A DNA stretch of 64,000 nt from Piromyces finnis finn. Taxonomy: Eukaryota; Fungi; Neocallimastigomycota. Below, piece after piece: positions 20,601-37,000 of the stretch. Both the position numbers and the translations under genes were made by a program. The DNA is taken from positions 248,001 to 312,000 of the forward strand of contig MCFH01000055.1 of NCBI GenBank assembly GCA_002104945.1, written 5' to 3'. Position 1 is the first letter of the stretch. Every line of letters starts with the position of its first letter. The notes beneath the pieces were generated by a model, which saw only the letters and a program-made list of their open reading frames with translations, did not search any database and was not told the DNA's origin.

Positions 20601-23600
20601 TAGATTATTTTTAAATTTATTAATTCTTTTAGTTTCTTGTTCCGACATCAGTCTTTTATATAATAAATTATTTATTTTTTTTTCTACTTCTTTCCTTCTT
20701 TTGATTTTCCATTTTTTTTCATGTTGGGTCTATGCATATTATATAAAGTAATTATAATCATATATATATTTACTATTTGTAATCATCAAATTCTATTTAT
20801 AGAAATTATTGATAAATATTTCTTTTTTTTTTTTTTTTGTCAAAAAAAAAAAAATGTAAACTCACTTTCACTTTTTGTGCTCTAATTTCATATAATAATT
20901 TTCTCCTTTCATTATTAGTTTTTTGTAATTCATTCATTTTATATATTTTTTCTAATTTAGTTTGATCTATTTTTTCTTTTCGAGCAATTGATTTTTTTTG
21001 TCTGCGAATTACTTCTGTTTTTTTCTGTTCCAAACTTTTTACAAAAAAAAAAGAATAAATTAGCATAAAAATTTATTAATTAAAAATTAAAAGTGATATT
21101 AACTAAATGATAATAAATAATTCCTTTTATATTATTTTTATTATACCGAATTTTACCTCATTGCTTGGATAAATACAATTTCATTTGATTTTTGATTTTC
21201 TTCTTTAGCTTTATACTTTATTGAATTTAAATGTACTCTTCTTTTCTATTATATTCATATATTTTTTTAAATATAGTTTTTTTTCATTAATAATACGTTA
21301 AAATTGCTAACTATATTGTATTTATTTAATATATTAAACGATACAACCTTTGCTGCTTCATTTTGTTTCTTTTGAATTTGTTTCATTAAATTTTTATCTG
21401 ATGATTCTCTTTTCAACTTTAATTCATTAATCTTTTTTTTTTTTTTTTTATTTTTTTAATTGTAAAATTTTTTTTTTAGCAATAATTAAAAAAAAGCATA
21501 CAAACTACATTTTTTCTATCAAATAAATGAAAAAGTAATAATAAAAATATATACTTTTTGAGTTTTTTCTTTTGATTTTTCAATTCTCTTATTTAACATG
21601 TTCATTCTTAATTCTATTCAAATTCATGTTATATTCCCAATTATTATAAAAAAAATAAAAAAATTTTAGCATGATTTATAATTAAGAATTTTTTATATTT
21701 AATTATTGATTCTATATATATTTCTATTTACTATCGGCATTTTCTAATTTTTCTTTCAATGTTTTGATATTCTCACTCTTTTCTTTGTTTAAATATTCTT
21801 CATTTTCATTCTCCTCTCTTATTATTTTTACAAAAATTTATTAATATTATATATTGTTATGATTAGTATATTGAAATATTGTTTATATATTTTAAAATAG
21901 CCTTTTTCTTAACAAAATACTTGTAATGGTCTTGTTTTAAAATAAAAGTATCCTTTTTAGGTAATATGGTCGAATTTTTTTTTTCGCAATCTATAAATAA
22001 ATTAATAAAATATTATATTAAAATTTGACTTTATGCATTGTATTGTTTCGATATATGTGGTACAATACCATAATTATTATTATTATTTAAAGATGAAACT
22101 TCTTTAATTGTCGATATATTTGTTGAATCAGTTTTATTATTTTGGTTAACTTTTTCTGATATATTTTTGTTTAAAAAGGTTATTTGACTTGTTTGTTTAT
22201 TATAATTACTCACATTATTATTACTGTCATACAATATAAGGTTTTTCCAAATAAGTAAAAAAAAGAATTAATTTTATGTACATTTTATTTTTTTTTTTTT
22301 TTTGAATAAATAAATTATATAATATTACTTATTATCAAAATTCTTAATTATAGTATTTTGATTATTAATATTAGTAGAAAGTATATTATTAGTTTTTATT
22401 TTTGTAGGTTCTTGATTATTTATTTTAAATGTATTGTTTTTTTCTTCTATTAAATTGGAATCATTGATCTTACAGGAAAAATAATTATTATTTATTGGAT
22501 TCATGTAATTATTTAGTAAAGTATTATTCGTACGGTCATGAATATTAATATCATATATATTTAAAAGAGATGAATTATTATTAATTATATCCATTTTATT
22601 ATTATTATATTTTGGTATCGTTGTTTGGATATTATTAGTATTGATATTCATAATCTTATGATAATAGATATCATTTATTTTATAATGTATTGGTGAATAC
22701 GAATTTTTAATGTTTAATGAATCACAAATATACATTTTTGAATTTTTAAAGGGAGAATATGAATGATTTAAATTAGAAAGAATAGAAGTAGGTATGTAAC
22801 AATTACATTTATTTGTTTTAGAGTATTCTTCTAATGTTACAGAATTATTTGCATTAAGTATCACATTTGATTTTTGACATTCCTTATTAATTGTTTCATC
22901 TATATTTTCATCATCGGGGATATTTATAATAAATGAATAATAATTGGAAGAAAAAGAAGAAGAAGATGAAAATTTATAATAATGGTAATATTGATTAAAG
23001 AAATATTAATCCATTATATTATTTATATATAACATTAAATTTTATATATATACTACCTTTGGTATAAATTTCATTTTCAAAATTGTTATATGAATCTTTT
23101 CTGTAATAATTAGCCTTTGATAAATATAAAAATAAATATATTTAAATAAATGATTTAAATTAAATTTATATTTAGTAATATTTGTATATTTTAATGAGCT
23201 ATTAGATTTACACCAATTTCAGATAACTTTTCCTTGACTTCAGATAATTTATTATAGATTTTTATAAAGTTAGAATATTCTACATTTTCAACTAAGCATA
23301 TTCTTACTATTTCTTCACATAACCTTTTAATGGTATATTTTGAAATAGGAAGAAATTATTAAGTATAAAATAAATAATTAATAAATTCATGAAAAGTAAA
23401 TTCTCATAAAAAAAAAAACAGGTATTATTTTATTATTTTATAATAATAAAATGGTTCATTAAACATATCCTTCATCATTCATCAATATAAATGAACTATA
23501 TATGTTAAATATATTATGTGTTAAATTACACACCTTAAGAATAATTTTATTAAACATTGGCTTGATGAATTAGTTTTATTTCCTCCCTCTACTGAATTCT

Positions 23601-23941
23601 TTTATATTTAATTTTTATTTTCAAAAATAAGGATAGTAATGTAATAAATTAAAATATTAAAAAAAAAAAAAAGGAAATTTTAAATTATATAATGATATCA
23701 AAAAAAATAAAAAAAAAAAATAAAAAAATAAAATATTAACATTCAGTAGTATTAAATTATTAAAATACTATTTAATATATACTTTTTTAATATTTTCAAT
23801 CCATGAACTATTTAATTTATTATAATTTCCATTATTCATATTAAGAGTTTTAGGTATACTATTAGAAACAGGCAAGAATGGAGAATTTAATTTGATTATC
23901 GAAGGAGTAGTAGTTTTATTATATTGATTTTCAAATAACAT
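17612..23941 (-). CDS. SCAPER-like protein (multi-exon); the 5' part above ~22000 may belong to this gene or to a separate one
   Basis: Exons encode ILHELILTIGYFCL...PVILQKLINLPIQYF, VLFPTLIIACYND, NRFPKSEWNNAISYF (stop 17612) and the coiled coil KRHAEQIELVKEKAA, resembling the animal SCAPER C-terminus. Candidate ATG at 23941 (MLFENQY...). Confidence 0.72.
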
Positions 23942-25263
23942 TTTTTTTTTAATTTTTGATTAAATATATTGTAAAATTAATGTTTTTTTTTTTTTTTCGT
24001 TTCTTAATAAAATATATTAAAAAAAGATAGATTATATAAATATTAAATATTTATAATATATATATTTCTTTTTTTTTTTTTAACAAAGAAACAGAAAAAA
24101 AAAAAAAGAATTGAATTTCATGAAATTTTTGATGTAACAGTAAAAACCATATTAATATGAATGTTAAACTTTTTTTTTTAAATCTTAATTATTATAAAAT
24201 GAAATAAATTTAAGTTTTTTAACGAAATTATTTCAGCTCAAATAATTTTTCGAAATTTTTATTTTAAAGTTTATATAAGAAAATATTTTAAAATATTCTA
24301 GCTTTTCAAAATTAATCTTTAAAAGCATTAGCTAATCTACTTACCTATCTTCCTACCTACCTACCTACCTACCTAACCAACCAACTAACTAAATAATACA
24401 TTATTTTATATCTGTATACATTTTTAAAAATGTAATTAAAAATTGGAAACATTTTAATTTTCTCAAATATTTCTTATAATTGTTATATTTTTATTAATCA
24501 TATGAAATAAAAAAAAATACTATCAATTATTTGATATAAAAAAAGATTAAAGATAAACGCTCGTTTTTTTTTTTTTTTTTTTTTTTTTACAAAATTAATA
24601 TGTTTATAAGGATAAATACCTTTTCATAAATACTAACTATTGTTCGTTATTTTTGTTATGATTATTTTTTTTATTTTATGAATAAAAATATATATAAAAA
24701 AAAGAAAAGATTTATAAAAAATGTGGTGTGTTTTTTTTTATTATTATTTTATTTTTCATGAAAAATTTTCTATATATTAATAATATATTCTGTGTATATT
24801 AATGTATTATTAAATATATTAGATCAATATAGAAAAAATTAATCAATTAATAAATAAATAAATGAATAAATAAATAAATCTAATAAAAAAAAAAAGCATT
24901 TAAAAAGTGATATTTTTTGTTCTAATTTTTTTTTTTTTGCTTTTTAATTTTGTAAAATATTCATTGATATTTTAAATTTCATTATTGATTAATTAATTGT
25001 AATTATTTTTTTTATCTTTACAGCTTTAACATACATATATTAGAAGAAAAATTGTAAATATTGATTTACTGTTCAATTATTATAAATAAATGAAATTTAT
25101 AAGATAAATTTATCCTAATAGCCAAAAAAATATTATCTTTAATACAATAATATTATCATTATAATTAATAAAATAATTAATTCCTTTTTTTTTTTTTTTT
25201 TTTTCATTAAAAAATATGAAAAAAGTTTTTTTATATTTTTAATTTAAATAATTTTAATAAATA

Positions 25264-27220
25264 ATGACTTCGCATACAAAGGGTTCGGAAAAGCCCTCAA
25301 AATTTTCGTTTTCATCACATGCAATTGCTGGGGGGTAATTTTTCATATTATTTTGTAATATAATATAATATAATATAATATAATATAATATAATATAATA
25401 TAATATAATATAATATAAAATTGAATTATATAAAAATATTAATTATGCCTTTAATTGTTTATTTATCAATAATAAATGAAATTATATTTAAATACTCTCT
25501 TTCAAATTTTAAAATAATTTAAATTAATAACTTTAATAGAGTAAGTGCTGTATTTTCAGCTACTTTTACTTGTCCATTCGAAGTTGGTATGTAAAATGAG
25601 TTGATGTAACTCGGGAAATATTAGTTAAACTTATTACATTCATAGTTATATTTATTAATATTTATATTTTGTATAATAAATTAGCCAAAACTAGACAACA
25701 ATCAGCATTATACAAAAATGTTATAACTTTTAAACATAATTATCCAACTCCAATCAAATTTGTTTTTAAACCATTTAAAGAAACTGGATCTGTTATGAGG
25801 TTAATATATGAATATTATTATAATTCAAAAATCAAAATTTTAATATTAATATAAAAAAGTATTGAAAGTAAAATTAATATAATTTTTTCTTTTTAATAAT
25901 AAACTTAAAATTATAGGGATGTTTATCAAAGAGACGGTCCAAAAGCTTTATTTAAAGGCTTAGGTCCAAATTTATTGGGTATTATTCCATTAAGGTAATA
26001 TATTCAAAATTTATATTTTAATTTTTTATAAATAATCTTTAATCAGTTAAAAATTATCCATATATATATAATTATATTCATTTATCTGTTTTTATCATTA
26101 TAAATAGAGCCATTCATTTTGGTGTTTATGGCTATGGAAAACAAAAATTAACAGCTATGAATGGTGGTGTTGAAAAACCATGGATTCACATGCTTTCATC
26201 TTTTTGTGCTGGTTTTTGCAGTACTACAGTCACTAATCCATTATGGTAAACTAGTTATTGAATTAAATAGCTAATATAAATTATAAAAAATTATATGATA
26301 TTCACGATTTAAAATCAATAAAATATTACTTTTTAGGTTGGTTAAGACAAGAATGCAATTAGAATCAAAAAAATATACTGTCACTGGCGAAGCTCTTCCA
26401 CTTAAATATAAGAATGCTTTCCAAACTACTAAAACTATTTACAAGGAAGAAGGCATAAGAGCTTTCAGTAAAGGTTTAGCTGCCTCTTATATAGGTAAAT
26501 AAGCAATAAAAATCCATAAATTAATTTAATATATATTAAAATCCAAATAATTATTATAATAATTAGGTTTATCTGAAACTACTATTCAATTTACTACTTA
26601 CGAATACTTCAAGAAACTTGCTCGTCAATACAAAGCCAAAAAGGGAGTTAAAAAATCAGAAAAACAACATTCACCTGTCGTTAAGAAGGTTATAGGTAAA
26701 TATTAAATTTTATATAATGGAAAGCATTATTTTATAATTAATAAATATTTATAAAAAATGATTTATAAATAAATAATAATACAATTAAATATTTTTTATT
26801 ATATAATAATTTATATTATTATTAGAATGGGCTGATGACTTTGTTTGTGCTGCTGGTGCTAAATTTATCGCATCCGGAATTACTTACCCACATGAAGTAA
26901 GAATTTATATTTATAATATTATAACAAAATATTTATTTATTAAAACAAATACTTTAATTTTTTTAATATTCTAGGTTCTTAGAACTAGAATGAGAGAAGT
27001 GCCAATAAATGGTATGCAACAAAATAATGGTCTAATTCAAACTGCCACTACAATCGTTAAGAATGAAGGTGTTGGTGCATTATATAGAGGCTTGGGTACT
27101 CATTTAATTCGTGTTGTACCAAATGCTGCACTGTTATTCTCTGTTTATGAAGTTGTATTATATAGTCATAAAAAATATTTTGGAAAAGAAAAAAAGGAAG
27201 ATGATGATGGGTATAAGTAG
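25264..27220 (+). CDS. RIM2: Mitochondrial pyrimidine nucleotide carrier (Rim2/SLC25A33/36 family), multi-exon
   Basis: Three carrier repeats: TCPFEV-AKTRQQ, TNPLW-LVKTRMQ, TYPHE-VLRTRMRE; also LFKGLGPNLLGIIP, FSKGLAASYIG and LYRGLGTHLIRVVPNAA. GT-AG introns. Confidence 0.85.
25356..25418. repeat. (TAATA)n pentanucleotide repeat in RIM2 intron 1
   Basis: Direct reading of the taatataatataata array. Confidence 0.85.
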
Positions 27221-28079
27221 TAGTCTCTATTAATATTTATTTGACTTAAAATACTAGTAAAATAATGATAATGATGATACTAATAAAAATATATCGCAAA
27301 TAACTAATTATACAAAAAGAAAATTATTCATATAAAAGAGAGAGAAAAAAATAATAAAATAAAATAAAATATTAAAAAAAAAAAAAAAAACATTAAGCAA
27401 ATAAATAAAAAATAGCACCAGCATCATTTATATATATATTACAAGAAAGTAAGAAATGGATAAAATAAACCCATTCAATCTAATTTAATTACACTCAGAG
27501 AAAAAAAAAAAATCTTCGATATTTATTTTAGTAATATCAAAACCATTCTATTAGAATTATAATTATATTTATATTTAAAATTTAGATAGCATTTATAATC
27601 AAATTTTAGTATATTATAATATTAAACGATTCATAAAAAAATATATTATATATTTAAAATAAAGGTTTATAAACCTTTTAATTTTTATTTCAAAAATTTA
27701 GATAACAATTAGAATTAATTAAAAATATAATATATAGTAGTTAAAAGAAAATCTATTTATTCAATCAAAAAAGTTATTTATTATAAAAAGGTATAAATAT
27801 TTTAAATATCTATCCTTTTTATAAATAGATATTTAATAAATATTTATTATTCTTAAGATAAAAATATTTCGACAATTCAAGAAAATACGATAAAAATAAA
27901 TATTTTTATTTTCAACCTTTACGATTAAAATGATTAAAATAATAATAATAATAATAATAATAACAATATATATATATATTGTTGTTATTTGCTTTTCTTA
28001 TCTACCATCCAAAAAAAAAAAAAAAAGAGTTTAAAAAATTGTATAATATTGACATTAACCTTTTTTTTTTATTTAGTAT

Positions 28080-28119
<40 letters not shown>

Positions 28120-28753
28120 TATAATCCTATTTATAAAACTATTATTTATAAATGTTGTATACATATAAAATAGACAATAGGTTTAAAAATTGATCAAAAA
28201 TATTTTCACTCTCACTAATATTTATTTAAATTATTTTAATAACATTATTATTTTTATATTTTCTTAGAGAAAAACTAAAAATTAAACTAATATAAAAATA
28301 AAAAGTATTATCATAATATCATTAAATAGTTAAATAGTGATATAATATATATCCTTAATAATAATAATAATCAAAAAATAATTATTACAATATTAAAGTA
28401 AATAATTAGAGTAATAATTAATTAATAATTAATATAAATATTTATCTAATGTTGTATATATTTTTTTAAAAAATTATAAACTACATAAAATAGAAATAAA
28501 AATAAAATAAAATAAAAAATTAAAAAATTGAACTTCAATTATCAAATTAATTAATGTGATGAATATATAATTTATTTATGAAATGATTCTTTCAATAAAA
28601 TATTTATTTTCATAATAAAGTAACTAGTCTTAATGTTTCCTCTATATCATATTAAAAAAATAAATATGTTACAACTTTAAAGATTATTTAATTATTGCAG
28701 CTTTTACCAATTTTTATAACTTTTATAATAATATAATATTTTGGTATATTTTT

Positions 28754-30735
28754 TTATTTCGCTTTTTTCTTTTTCTTTTTATTATTTAAAGAAGATATAA
28801 TTTCATTCTCTTCTTCACAACATAATTCACATTGACATTTGAAATAATAATCTGCTAATAAATGTGCTTGTCGTTCTTTTAATGATACGCCAGCTGTATC
28901 TATATATGAAAAATTTACTTCATCTCCTTTCTTTATATCTTTAGATGCAAAAAAATAAATATGATTTTTATATTGAACAGGATAGCAATTATTTCTACAA
29001 GAATGCTGGTTTATATATATTTATGTTAATATAGATTTTAACTAAAAAATAAAATTATATAAAATTATTTAGAAAATTTTACATTAAAATATGAAGCAAA
29101 TGGATATATTATTCGCCTATAGATTTTTAATTTATTAATATATATATAATTTAATTTGTTTACTCGACATTTTTTTAAAAAAAAAAAAAAAAAAAAAAAC
29201 ATTACCCAATACATTTTCCTTTATTATTCCATATTCCAAACGAATTACTTTCTACTAAAGAAGCAAAATGCATCAAATAATTTGCTACTTCTGTATCCAT
29301 GTTAATATCCTCGATTGAATTATTTTTACTCTCTTGAATTACATCTTCCATACATTTATATATTTCTTTTGATTCTTGAATCAATTTTTTAAAAAAGTTA
29401 ATATTTTTTTGCCATTCCCTTTTCATATCTTTAAAAATAAAATATATAAAAATTTAATTATTATTTTTTTATAAAAATAATAATATTAATAATATTAATA
29501 ATAATAATAATATTAATATTAATAATACTTTACCATCAGTCCATTCTTCAAAATGAGATTGTAAATTCATCATATCGTTATATGTACCGGAATATGGGAT
29601 TGTATTAGTAATAGTATCATATTTTTCAGAATTAACATCTTTTTCATTAATAATATCAATATTTTTATCTTCTTTCTCCTCCTCATTTGTTTCAATGTCT
29701 TTTTTATGATGTTTTGAATGTTTATGTTTCGATTTTTCTTTTTTATTTATTTCATTCTCATTAATGACATTATCATTGATTTTTTCTTTTTCTTTTTTTT
29801 TATCTTTCTTATGTTTTTTCATTTCTTTTTCTTCCTTATCTTTTTTCTTGTGCTTCTTCTTTTTTTTATCTTTTTTCTTCTTTTCTTCATCTTCAGAGGA
29901 AGATATACTTTCTTGATTATCTATGTTTAATTTATTTTCTCCAGTATTTTTGTTTAATTCTTCTTCATCTATATGATTTTTATCAATATTGTTATCATTA
30001 TTTTTCTCGCAATTATTATCAATAACTTTTAATTTAAGTTCTTCTAATTCTTTTTCATATTCTTCTATATCAGAGGGTAATGGAACTGTTGATAGCCAAT
30101 TATTAATAATATTATCATTACTACTATTTAATCTCATGTATTCTTCTTCACTTTTTTTTAATGATAATGAATTTATCAGAAGTTTCATAATACTTTTAGA
30201 ATGAATATCTGATTTAAATGTTGCCAATTTTCTTAATAAAGAACATATCAATTCATGATTTAACTTTCTTTGGGAATACATTTGACATGCTTTACTACAA
30301 TAATAAGCTATATTACATGATTTACAGGAAATATCATAAAAACCTTCATTATTTATTGATAAACATACAGAACATATCTTTTTTTTTAATGTTGTATATA
30401 TTTATTTTATATATATTATTTAAAAATAAAAGCTTAATTTCAATAAACTTATTTGCTTTATAAAATATGTAATATATATTTCTATTATTTTGATTTTATT
30501 ATATTTCACATTCATATATTTTATTTTTATTATATATTTTTACTAATAATGCTGAAATTAATAATACCTTCTTTTTAAATGAATCGATAATTCCTGTTGA
30601 ATAGCCCTTAATAGCTACAATTTTTGTATCCTTTTTTATATCTTGAGTTGCTACAACATATCTTCCCTTATTTTCTGTATATTCTATTTTTAAAGGTATA
30701 GAATACTTTATAAAATCAACTAACTGTTCATTCAT
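28754..30735 (-). CDS. SET and MYND domain lysine methyltransferase (SMYD-like), multi-exon
   Basis: KGRYVVATQDIKK (SET-N), SCKSCNSLYYCSKACQ...HELIC (MYND), SNSFGI, HSCRNNC, EVNFSYID and YYFKCQCELC (post-SET); Lys/Glu-rich insert. Confidence 0.85.
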
Positions 30736-31045
30736 TTATTTACCATTTACATATATTATCATTTAAACTAAAAGTTATAATAATATTAAAAATAAATAAA
30801 AAATAATAATAATAAAAATTATATATTTTTGTATTATTTGAAATTTTATTTATTACTATTTTTTTTTTTTTTTTTTTTTGTTATTAATATGTATTACAAA
30901 TATTACAAAATAATAGAAAATAAATTTAAATTTTAATTTCAAATTTAAAATTTTTTATTTTTTTTTTAAAAAAAATTAAGGAAAAATAATATAAAAGAAA
31001 ATTAAAAAAAAAAAAAACATAATAATAATAATAATAATAATAATA

Positions 31046-31077
<32 letters not shown>

Positions 31078-31099
31078 GAAAAAAAGAGGAAAAAAGTTT

Positions 31100-34000
31100 T
31101 TAATCATTAATATTTCCAAATTCAATAAAATCTCGAATTTGTGGAATCTTTTTTATAATTGATGTTGGGAGTAAAAATAGATTATCAACTATTTCAATAA
31201 TTTCTTTTTCTTTTTCAGCTAATATTCTAACATAATAATAATAAAATAATATAACAATTAAAATTATATTTGTAACAAATAATGATATTCCCATAATTTG
31301 CATTTTTGTTACGCCTTCATTTAAATCTTTAATTACAGCTTGATTTGATCTATTCATTCCATTTAATATATGATGTTTTGTATAGTTCTGATACTTCAAT
31401 ACTTTCGAATTGTATAGATAATTCTCTCTAATTTCTTCAAGTTCCTCATTAATTTCTTCGGTTCTTTTTCCTATCAAAGAATATAAATTATTTTTATGAA
31501 GAATTGAATAATTAATTATTTCATGATCATATACATGAGCCTCTGATTTCCTTATATATTCATCAATTAATTCGTTAATTGGTAATTGGATTACTTCTTT
31601 GGTATAGCCTATAAAAAAATAATATAAAATTGAATAAAATATATGCATAATTAAAAATTATATTCACTATATAACTATATAATAATTAAACTCATAGAAA
31701 TTAATATTAAATAATTTATTAAATTAATATTTACCATACTGTGGGAAGTACTGTTCATTTTCACATCTTCCTTCATCTTCAAATTTACATGACTTTTTAT
31801 AATGAAATTCGTTTAATAAAGGAACTTTATTGACACTTGCGTAATCACTACTATATATGATACTTTCTTGATTATTCTAGTTTTTTATAATTATTAAATA
31901 AATATTTTCATAATTTTTACATAATTTTCTGAAATTTATTTTCTATATACTCTACCTTTAAATCTAATATATAATCCTTTAAAATTCCTTCACATTCACT
32001 TTGTAAATATGATTCAGAATCACCAACGTATGATTCATGAGAGAAGAAATGTATCAATTGCACAGTTGATGGTCTTTTATACTATAATGGTATCATTATT
32101 TAAATATATATTAGAAAATGAAACTTTGTTTTTTAGACATTAAAATTTTACTAACCATCAATTCCAAGTAGTCTATTTTAGTTAAAACATTTTGAGAAAT
32201 CATCTTTATTATTTAATTTTATTAATTATTTAATTTTGTTATATTATTGTAGAAGATATAAAATTTAATAAATATTAATAATTTAAAGTGTCAAATTTAT
32301 TTTTAATGTTAAAAAACTTACTACTAATGGCAGTACTGAACATATACAAATTATTGAATATGCATATAAAATCATTCTTGTTATAAATTTCTGTCTAAAA
32401 AGAATATTATTCTTTTTACATGACGTATCATAGATATTCAAATAACTATCGCTCATTTCAAAATTAATTGTACTAGCAATTTTATCAATACTATGATTAT
32501 ACTTTGTAATAGTTTCATTAATATATTCTAATTATTATTGTTATTATATAAATAAAAATAATCAAAATAATAATATTATTTATTAGTATATTAATATTTT
32601 TTTAGAGTAATAATATATTATGAAGAATACCTTCTGGTAAATATTTATAAATATTAAATACTTTCAGCTGTAGATGCTTGACAGAATCCAATGAATAACT
32701 TATTCCTATTATATTTATTAAACATATTTAGTTTTTTTTTTTTTTTTTTTTTTTAATTGAATCATTTATTTATTAATTACCATATTTATATAAAATAATT
32801 AATAAAACGACATTTGCTCCAACTAATCCAATATAAATAATTGCAAGATTTTCATAATTATAATTATTTTTTATTTCGTTAATATTATCCTCAACAAAAG
32901 AATTGTAGATATCGTTAAGTGAATATTTTAAGTTATCTAATAAGTAATATATAATACAAAATTATTATTTATTATGTATTTTTTAAATATTATTTTTAGT
33001 ATTAGTTTTGTATTGGTATATTATAACAATTATTTTATTCAATTACCTGTAAAGAATCTTTAAAAATTTTTTATAAAATAATAAAAATTTAGTATAGTAT
33101 TAAAAATAGCATAATTTATAATTTATCTAATACACAAACCTTGCGTGATAATCATGTATTTTTAAAGAAGTATCCGTAATTAAGTTATCATTATTAGAAT
33201 CATTCCACACTTCATACTCTAAATCTGTTATATAATCTGCCCAATTTAAAATTCTTTTACTCAAATCATAAATTGATAAATATTCAAAAGACATTTTATT
33301 TGAATCTTCCACACTTCGAACAACTAGCTTGTATGATTTGTCTTTTTCATTTTTAATTATAAATGGGAAAAATGGGTTATACTTTTTAACTGTTTTATAT
33401 TTTTCAATATATGGAATAATAGTATTTGTTAAATCATTATCAATATAAGTTCGTATTTGGTCATGATAATAATCATATACATCTTTTTTATTTAAATGTC
33501 CATAAATAGTTAAAAGTCTAACTTTTGTTGAAATATTAATAAATACTGATGGAAAAGTTACAACGATTTGTAAATTCTTCATAAATGATGTTACCATATT
33601 AATTTTTTTAAATGATATTAATTCTCTAAAAATTATTTGATATATTATTAGTATTTTTTATTTAATGTTAATAAAAATATGTATTATTATCTATATCATA
33701 ATATTTTTTTAAAAAAATAAAGAAAGCATATAATAATATCATTATTATTGTATTACAATAAAGAGGATACAATAAGAATTAATATCAATGTTATTATTAA
33801 TAAAAGTGCATTATTTTTTGTATTTTTTAATAGTGTATGACATAAATTTTTCCTAAATAATTTTAAATAATAACATATAACATAAATAATAAATTTTTAA
33901 TTGTGTATAATATTTAGCATTTTTAAAATAATATAAAAATAAATTATTATATTACTTCATCATAGTGCTCTTTCTTTGTTCACGATTTACTGATGAAGAT

Positions 34001-37000
34001 ATTTCAGAATAAGATTTATTATATCCTTTCCTACGCTTTTCTCCATTATTTAATCCAACATTAGATATAGTATCTTTACTTCCCTTACTCTCACTTTTTT
34101 CATCAATTAATTGAGAATTTTTTTTAAATGAATAATCAATATTATCATCGAATTTGTTATTTTTTGTATTAGACATTTCAACAATAGATTGATTATCTCT
34201 TTCATTTACAAAATTATGAGACATTCTTAATTTTTGTATTTTTGATTCATTAACTTTAACCATTTGAGATGGAATTAATGACATTCTTCTTTTCGTATTC
34301 TCTACATTTGAATTATTCCGACTTTTAATAGCAAATTTTTCATATGTATCATCATCATTCTCCTCATTATTATTATTTATTGTTTTATTGTTTTCATTAT
34401 TATTAAATGCTTGTTTATCTTTTGTTTCATCTTTTTTAATTATTTGTGATTGAGATGCTTTATTCTCTATTTGTTTCAGAATAGATCTTTCACAATCATC
34501 TTCTATAATTGATTCTTTTTCCTCTGTTTCATCACTATGACTTTTATTTAGACTCTTTTTATATAATTATATAGTATGTGAATAATAAAATAAATAAATA
34601 ATAATGATAATATAATAACTACAATATGCATACCATTTCAGATTTTACTATTTCCTTAATTATTTTATTAATTTAAATATTATGTTTATTTGTGGTTTTT
34701 AGTTTATATATTATAATATTAATATACTATTAAATTCTATTTTATTATACATACATATGGGTCTCCCTTGTTTTATAAATTATTAATTAAATAAATTTAA
34801 TAATCAAATTATAAAAAAATAAATCTTTAATATATATAAATATTAATTGAAAATACCATAATATCAGCAAGGTATAAATTATATGATTTGTTTAAACTCT
34901 AAAAAGTATATATATTTTAGTTAAAGAATAACAGTATAATTATTGCTGTTTATTTATATAAAATTTTATTAACACTAACATCTTGATTAGGATAAAGTTG
35001 CATAAATGTTAAATATGACTGTTCCGTCAATTGTTTTAAATTGTGTATATTTATTAAATAATTACTGTAATAGGTATCATTAAAGTCATTTCCATAATTA
35101 AATTCAATATAATCTCTTAAATAGCACAATGTTGAAATATGATATTTTGATGATTGTTCTTTTATTTTTTTAAATTGTTCAAATTTTTTCCTATATAATT
35201 TAAATATGTAAAAATTAGTTTTTTAATTTCTATAAAATATAATTATATAAATGCATACTAGCATACCTAATTTCATAATCATGTTGCTTTTCTTTATCTT
35301 CTTCTATAACATTCTTGATATATGATATTCTATATCTTGAAAAGAATCCAGGTTTTAATTCATTAACTTGTTGAATAGCTTCATCAATTCTTTCAATATA
35401 TTTAATTTCCTTTTCTGTTTCTTTTTTAAAAATTTCATCATCACTATTATATATACCCCATTCATCATCAACTTGATTTATACGTCCTTGTAAATACCAG
35501 AATAATATACAATATGATAATCTCAACTAATATATTATAATAATTGTGATCTTTTAAGTATTGGAATTATTTTATTATATGTATGTTAATGTTAATATAT
35601 AATTACCATTGTATTTTTAGGGTATTGACTAATTCTGTATTATAATATATTCATAATTAATATATATAATTCATATAGTAATTATTAATACTTATTATTA
35701 ATTATATTAAATATTAATATTATTATTATAGAATTTAATAATCTTTTATATTTATACCCTTCATTGAAAATATCATCTAATGCATTTAAAGCTTCAATTG
35801 AATTATTATTCCTTATAAATCTACTTATTAATTCACATTCACAAGGCATAGAATACACAATAATTGGTTCACATAAAGCAATTTCACTAACTTTGTTATT
35901 TTCCATTATAAAATTAACATTAATTGGCGAATACATTATCATAATCTTAATATATACACAATTAATATTAAATTACCAATTTTTTCTATAGAATCATATA
36001 ATTCTTCAGTTGTGAATTTTCTATCAAATGATATTATGCCACTAATATCATCACTTTTTTCACTTAAAGTATTTACTGAGGATGTTTCAGTACATATTTC
36101 ATTACTTCCAGATGTTGTAGTATGTTCATCACTATTGCTTTCAGAATTTTCTGAAGATATTGACTCTTCTTCTTCTTCATTATGATTATATGATTTTCTT
36201 TTTCTTATAGAAGATATACTATTACTTTTTTTAACTTCCTCAATACAATTTTTATTTTCTTTTTCTTTTTCATATTTCCTCAATTTCATCTTTTTCTTTT
36301 TTGTCATTTTATTATATATACTTTTTTCCCTATTTAATTTAGTCTTTCTCCATATATATATACTGCTTATACAGCATATACAACCCATAATCATACTTAA
36401 TATTAATTTAACTTCAGTTTTAATTGTCAATATAATTCCAATAGCATTAATAAAGCTGAACCCCATAAAAAAAAATATAGTTGAATTATGAATCATATTA
36501 ATTAATGAATTATAATATGGAATATAGATATTGTTTATTTTATAAAAAAGAATCATAAATATTAAAACTATAATAGGTAGATATTCTTTTATAAGATGTA
36601 TATAACTTCCTAATGTAAAAATTAATGTCTAATTAAAATTTAATTTATTAATTATACTTATTTGTAATTCAAAAGTTATTTCATAATATATCTTAAATTA
36701 TTTTACCAATAAAAATTTTATTAACATATTCATTATTCTTGGGGTTTCATTAGAGTTCATTAAAAAATTTTTTTTGTATTGCGGTGATATATTTGTAAAA
36801 CATAATATTCCCTGTAGTAATTAATTATTAATATACTATTATTTAACTATATTTATAATAATTATTATATAATAGAGAAATAATTATTTCTTTCTTACAA
36901 TCAATTCAATAGCAATAAATAAAATAAATACTCCTACAATCAAAAGAGCCCTATATTTTAATTTATTTTGATATTAATAGGGGATATTTATTCTAATTTA

